A stretch of DNA of 63,754 nucleotides, filler included, from Platydemus manokwari (lineage: Eukaryota), in the NCBI GenBank assembly GCA_037951405.1. It is 5 parts of 5 records of this genome, joined end to end, with 100 filler letters (N's around TTAATTAATTAA, not from the genome) between each part and the next. Parts side by side here need not be neighbours in the genome. Positions count along the whole stretch, not along the records: positions 53,120 to 63,754 come from JBBMOY011117885.1; 4 more parts are not named here. One strand, given 5' to 3'. Shown here in pieces: positions 60,607 to 63,754 of the stretch. A model generated the notes under the pieces. The model saw only the letters and a program-made list of their open reading frames with translations. It was not told the origin of the DNA and searched no databases. The position numbers were made by a program, and so were the translations under genes. How positions within the stretch are numbered: the stretch's first letter is position 1; every line of letters starts with the position of its first letter.

Positions 60607-63005
60607 ATTTAGACTAAATTCATCAATCTATGTGTTCTCAGCATCCTTTCGGTCGTGTCCCGAGCTAGACCGGCATGAACATCGTGGGGGAATATATTAA
60701 TTTCATAATCTCCATAGGTTATGTTTTCATATAAATACATCCAGGTACACGTTTTTATCTTTTGATTTATTTCAAAACTTTGGTATAACCAAATAACAGA
60801 GTTTTTTCACTTGACTAATCATCTGTTGATGCTGCTGTATCTGCACTTCATTACCGAAAAATGATATAAATTGTCGATCAGTTTGAAACTCAAACCTCAC
60901 TCGTTTTTATTAAATTTTTAAAAATTAAACTTCCTGTTTCAATTAAAACAAATAAATTAAAAAGTAAATTAATAAAAAATCAATAATACTATTAAAATAT
61001 TGATTTTCTATTTAAATCGATATTTATAGATTTTAATTACAAATAAAATAAACAAATATATTTTCATTTATTAATTAATAATTGTAAAACATTATTTAAG
61101 AGATTCCGATAGCTGGAAATCGAAGGTTTTGATATATAAGTAAAAATTAATTTTTAGGTGATTTTCCAAATCTATCAGGACATCGTTTTTTCTATGGGAA
61201 ATTATATTTCAACTTGTTTTCAGTGATTATATAAACTCATAATTTAAAACAACTTATTTCTTCATTCTGATAAAATCGCGCAGTCTCTAGAATAAAATTT
61301 GCCATATATTTTCTCTCTTCGATAATCAAATAAATTTTCCCTAATATCATCAACAATACAAGACTTTAATTGTTGATATTTTAATAGAATAACATTTTAA
61401 ATCATAATCATTTACTCTTTGTTTACGTTAGGTTCAACTCTCATTTTTATGCTTACTGCGCAGTAATCTAATTCTAACATGTACTTATTACTGATTTTGT
61501 TGTACTTTTTACAATTTATAAAAGAATTATGTTTGAATTTTGGGATCTTGGAACCGATTAGGGCATTTACAAGGAAAAGGAGACCCTGCTTACGAAATTT
61601 TCATGTTACGAACCGACTCCCAGAGCTAATTAATTTCGTAGTAGAGGTACCACTGTATCACATATTACAAAATACTTCCTGAACGAGAATATAATTCTGG
61701 TGTCAATGTTCCCTAATTTGTCTTTATTTTATGAATTGATTTGAAAGAACGGAAGAAAAAAATCGAACCAACATAATATTTTTTGGGGAAAGAACTCACT
61801 GGAGAAATCTGACAATTAGCTATTATTCTAAGATAAATTGTAAAATAAATGAAGGTAATGAAAATCTGGAAAAAAGTAAAAGAAAATTGGCTATTAATAT
61901 CGTGAAATATAAATTATCATTTCCAACAGAGTATCTCTACCAGACAAGAAATTCCACCCTCATTACAATACGTGATAGAAAAAATGATAAATATTTATGG
62001 GGATATTTAAATAAATTTCCGTCATCAATATTCTCCTGATGGGAAAGCTAAAATATGTAAATACAGAAATCATCGGTATCGCTTATCCGGTAATAATTTT
62101 AATTTCTTTTATTATACGAGTGTTCAGTTTGCGTAGATCAATGGAAAGACAACCATTCACGAATAATCTCTCCTTTCCATCATACCAACACACGCATCCA
62201 ACTGAGAAACTCTGAAAAATTTTCAAGTTTTTTTTTAAAAATGGGTTTAAGTTCGAAAAAGCCAATTAACGCTTTTCGTAGATAATATCTATGAGAGCCC
62301 GTTTTTTTTGCTTCAGATTTTCTGTTGAATTTGGAATTATATTTTAGTCACAGATATGATGAAAAATAATAGAAATAATAATAATAAAGCATAATAATAA
62401 TAATAGTAATAATAATAATAATAGTAACGATTATATATATATATAGAGAGAGAGAATGCTCCATCGCTTATTATCGATATTTAATACATCATCTATTCAT
62501 GAAATAAAAAACCAAAACAAGTTTTCTTTTTCGTTATTCATAAATCAAATCACCATTCTAATTCCGCCTCACAATATTCCATGAAGTCTTATCATTGGGT
62601 GTGCAGCAATGACACGAAATAAAACGTAATTACGCGAACAGAGGCAACAAAACCATGCATCATAATGGGAAATATCGTAAAATTATTAATTACACAATCG
62701 ATTAAATTAAGAGGAAAAAATGATTTCCCTTCATTATGCCGTTGACGTGATTAATTTCATATGTATTGGATGAATTGGTTGAGAAAATATGGAAATACCC
62801 GCAGCTCTAATATCGGTGGCAGAGAGAAAACCGTAAAATAGAATTAACAATCTTAATCAATATGCGATGGATTGAAATGGTCTGGTGAAAATATCTTTTG
62901 TTCAAATGGCGAAAATATGGATTTTCTTGTTTTAATTTTCGGTTTATGATGTAATTCAAGTGAAAAATTATTTTGTTGAATATATTGTCTCTCTTGATAT
63001 TTCAG

Positions 63006-63094
63006 GTTGTTTAAGTTATCCATACCGACGAAACGACCAAATCAATGATGATACGGATGAAGAAAAGAAGGGTTCAGACACACTTATTACGAAG
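63006..63094 (+). CDS. Candidate isolated internal exon of an unidentified gene
   Basis: Pyrimidine tract + TTTCAG acceptor, AAG/GT donor; only one of three frames open: (G)CLSYPYRRNDQINDDTDEEKKGSDTLITK. No recognisable homology. Confidence 0.35.
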
Positions 63095-63754
63095 GTTTTT
63101 ACTTTATTACTGTGATTTTGTAATTATTTCATCACGTCAATTCAGATAAGATCAACTATAGGTCAAAGTTATTTTAACATCCTATGTTACCATAGGCGGA
63201 ATTACAAGCGAACACACCCACACCCACCCATCAACCCACACACATTGATTTTTATAACGATAATAAACCACTAATTAGTTAAGCATGGATTTTATATTTT
63301 GGCGAATTTAAGAGAGTTGCACTTTAAAGTTATGGTGAATTGAAGCACCAATTAGTCGCGATCTGGTTGAAATTTTATTTGGTGATCGGTACGCAGACAC
63401 ACATGCGAATGAGATTAACGTAATGAATTGATTGATGTCAAAATTTTAAACTGTAAGGCACTTACTTTGTGGAGTCTTTTCATATGTTAGTAGTAGCTAC
63501 CTCGTTTAAAATTGAAGCTTCAATTCATTAAAACGTTATTCGTAAATTATTTATTGTAACAGCATTTATTGTTAATCTTAATCAGGAACATGAATAGATA
63601 GATATTTTTAAATTATTTAAAATTATCTAATGGTAAATTTTTTAATAATTTAAGAAAATTTCAAAAATCTTTTTTTAATTATAAAAATTATTATTAAAAT
63701 TTTTAATTAAATTATTATTAAATTTTTTCCTTTGAAATTTCTCTATTTTTAATT

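Noticed and set aside
60640-60690. Minus-strand GCCGGTCTAGCTCGG resembling a twister ribozyme core, and GACCGAAAGGATG resembling large-subunit rRNA
   Set aside because: No UAA cleavage loop, P2 stem or CCC/GAGGG pseudoknot partners, and the rRNA similarity does not extend; a simple CGGTC/GACCG hairpin explains it.

Overview
Very AT-rich eukaryotic scaffold with many 43-66 nt GT-AG introns; composition, intron size and repeat types suggest a planarian-type flatworm (inference). Reconstructed by hand: (1) a complete 17-exon clathrin heavy chain gene (minus, 5585-15775, 1682 aa); (2) ten internal exons of a Rab3 GTPase-activating protein catalytic subunit (minus, 21099-29229), with both ends missing next to assembly gaps; (3) a 13-exon SPAK/OSR1/Fray-type Ste20 kinase (plus, 30958-39441, about 487 aa); (4) the terminal exon of a DDR-like tyrosine kinase (plus, 44771-45298). 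The rest is mostly decayed mobile DNA: two restriction-like-endonuclease (REL) non-LTR relics (one with a Ulp1 protease and no RT), hAT and Merlin-like MITEs with target-site duplications, and Tc1/mariner, Penelope and Gypsy fragments. Four 100-nt gaps carry an artificial TTAATTAATTAA linker. No intact novel system is demonstrable from the sequence alone. The best leads are an intronless frame at 1-855 that appears to join a GIY-YIG-like motif to a ubiquitin-like domain, the RT-less Ulp1+REL element, and a repeat carrying a degenerate hammerhead-like core.
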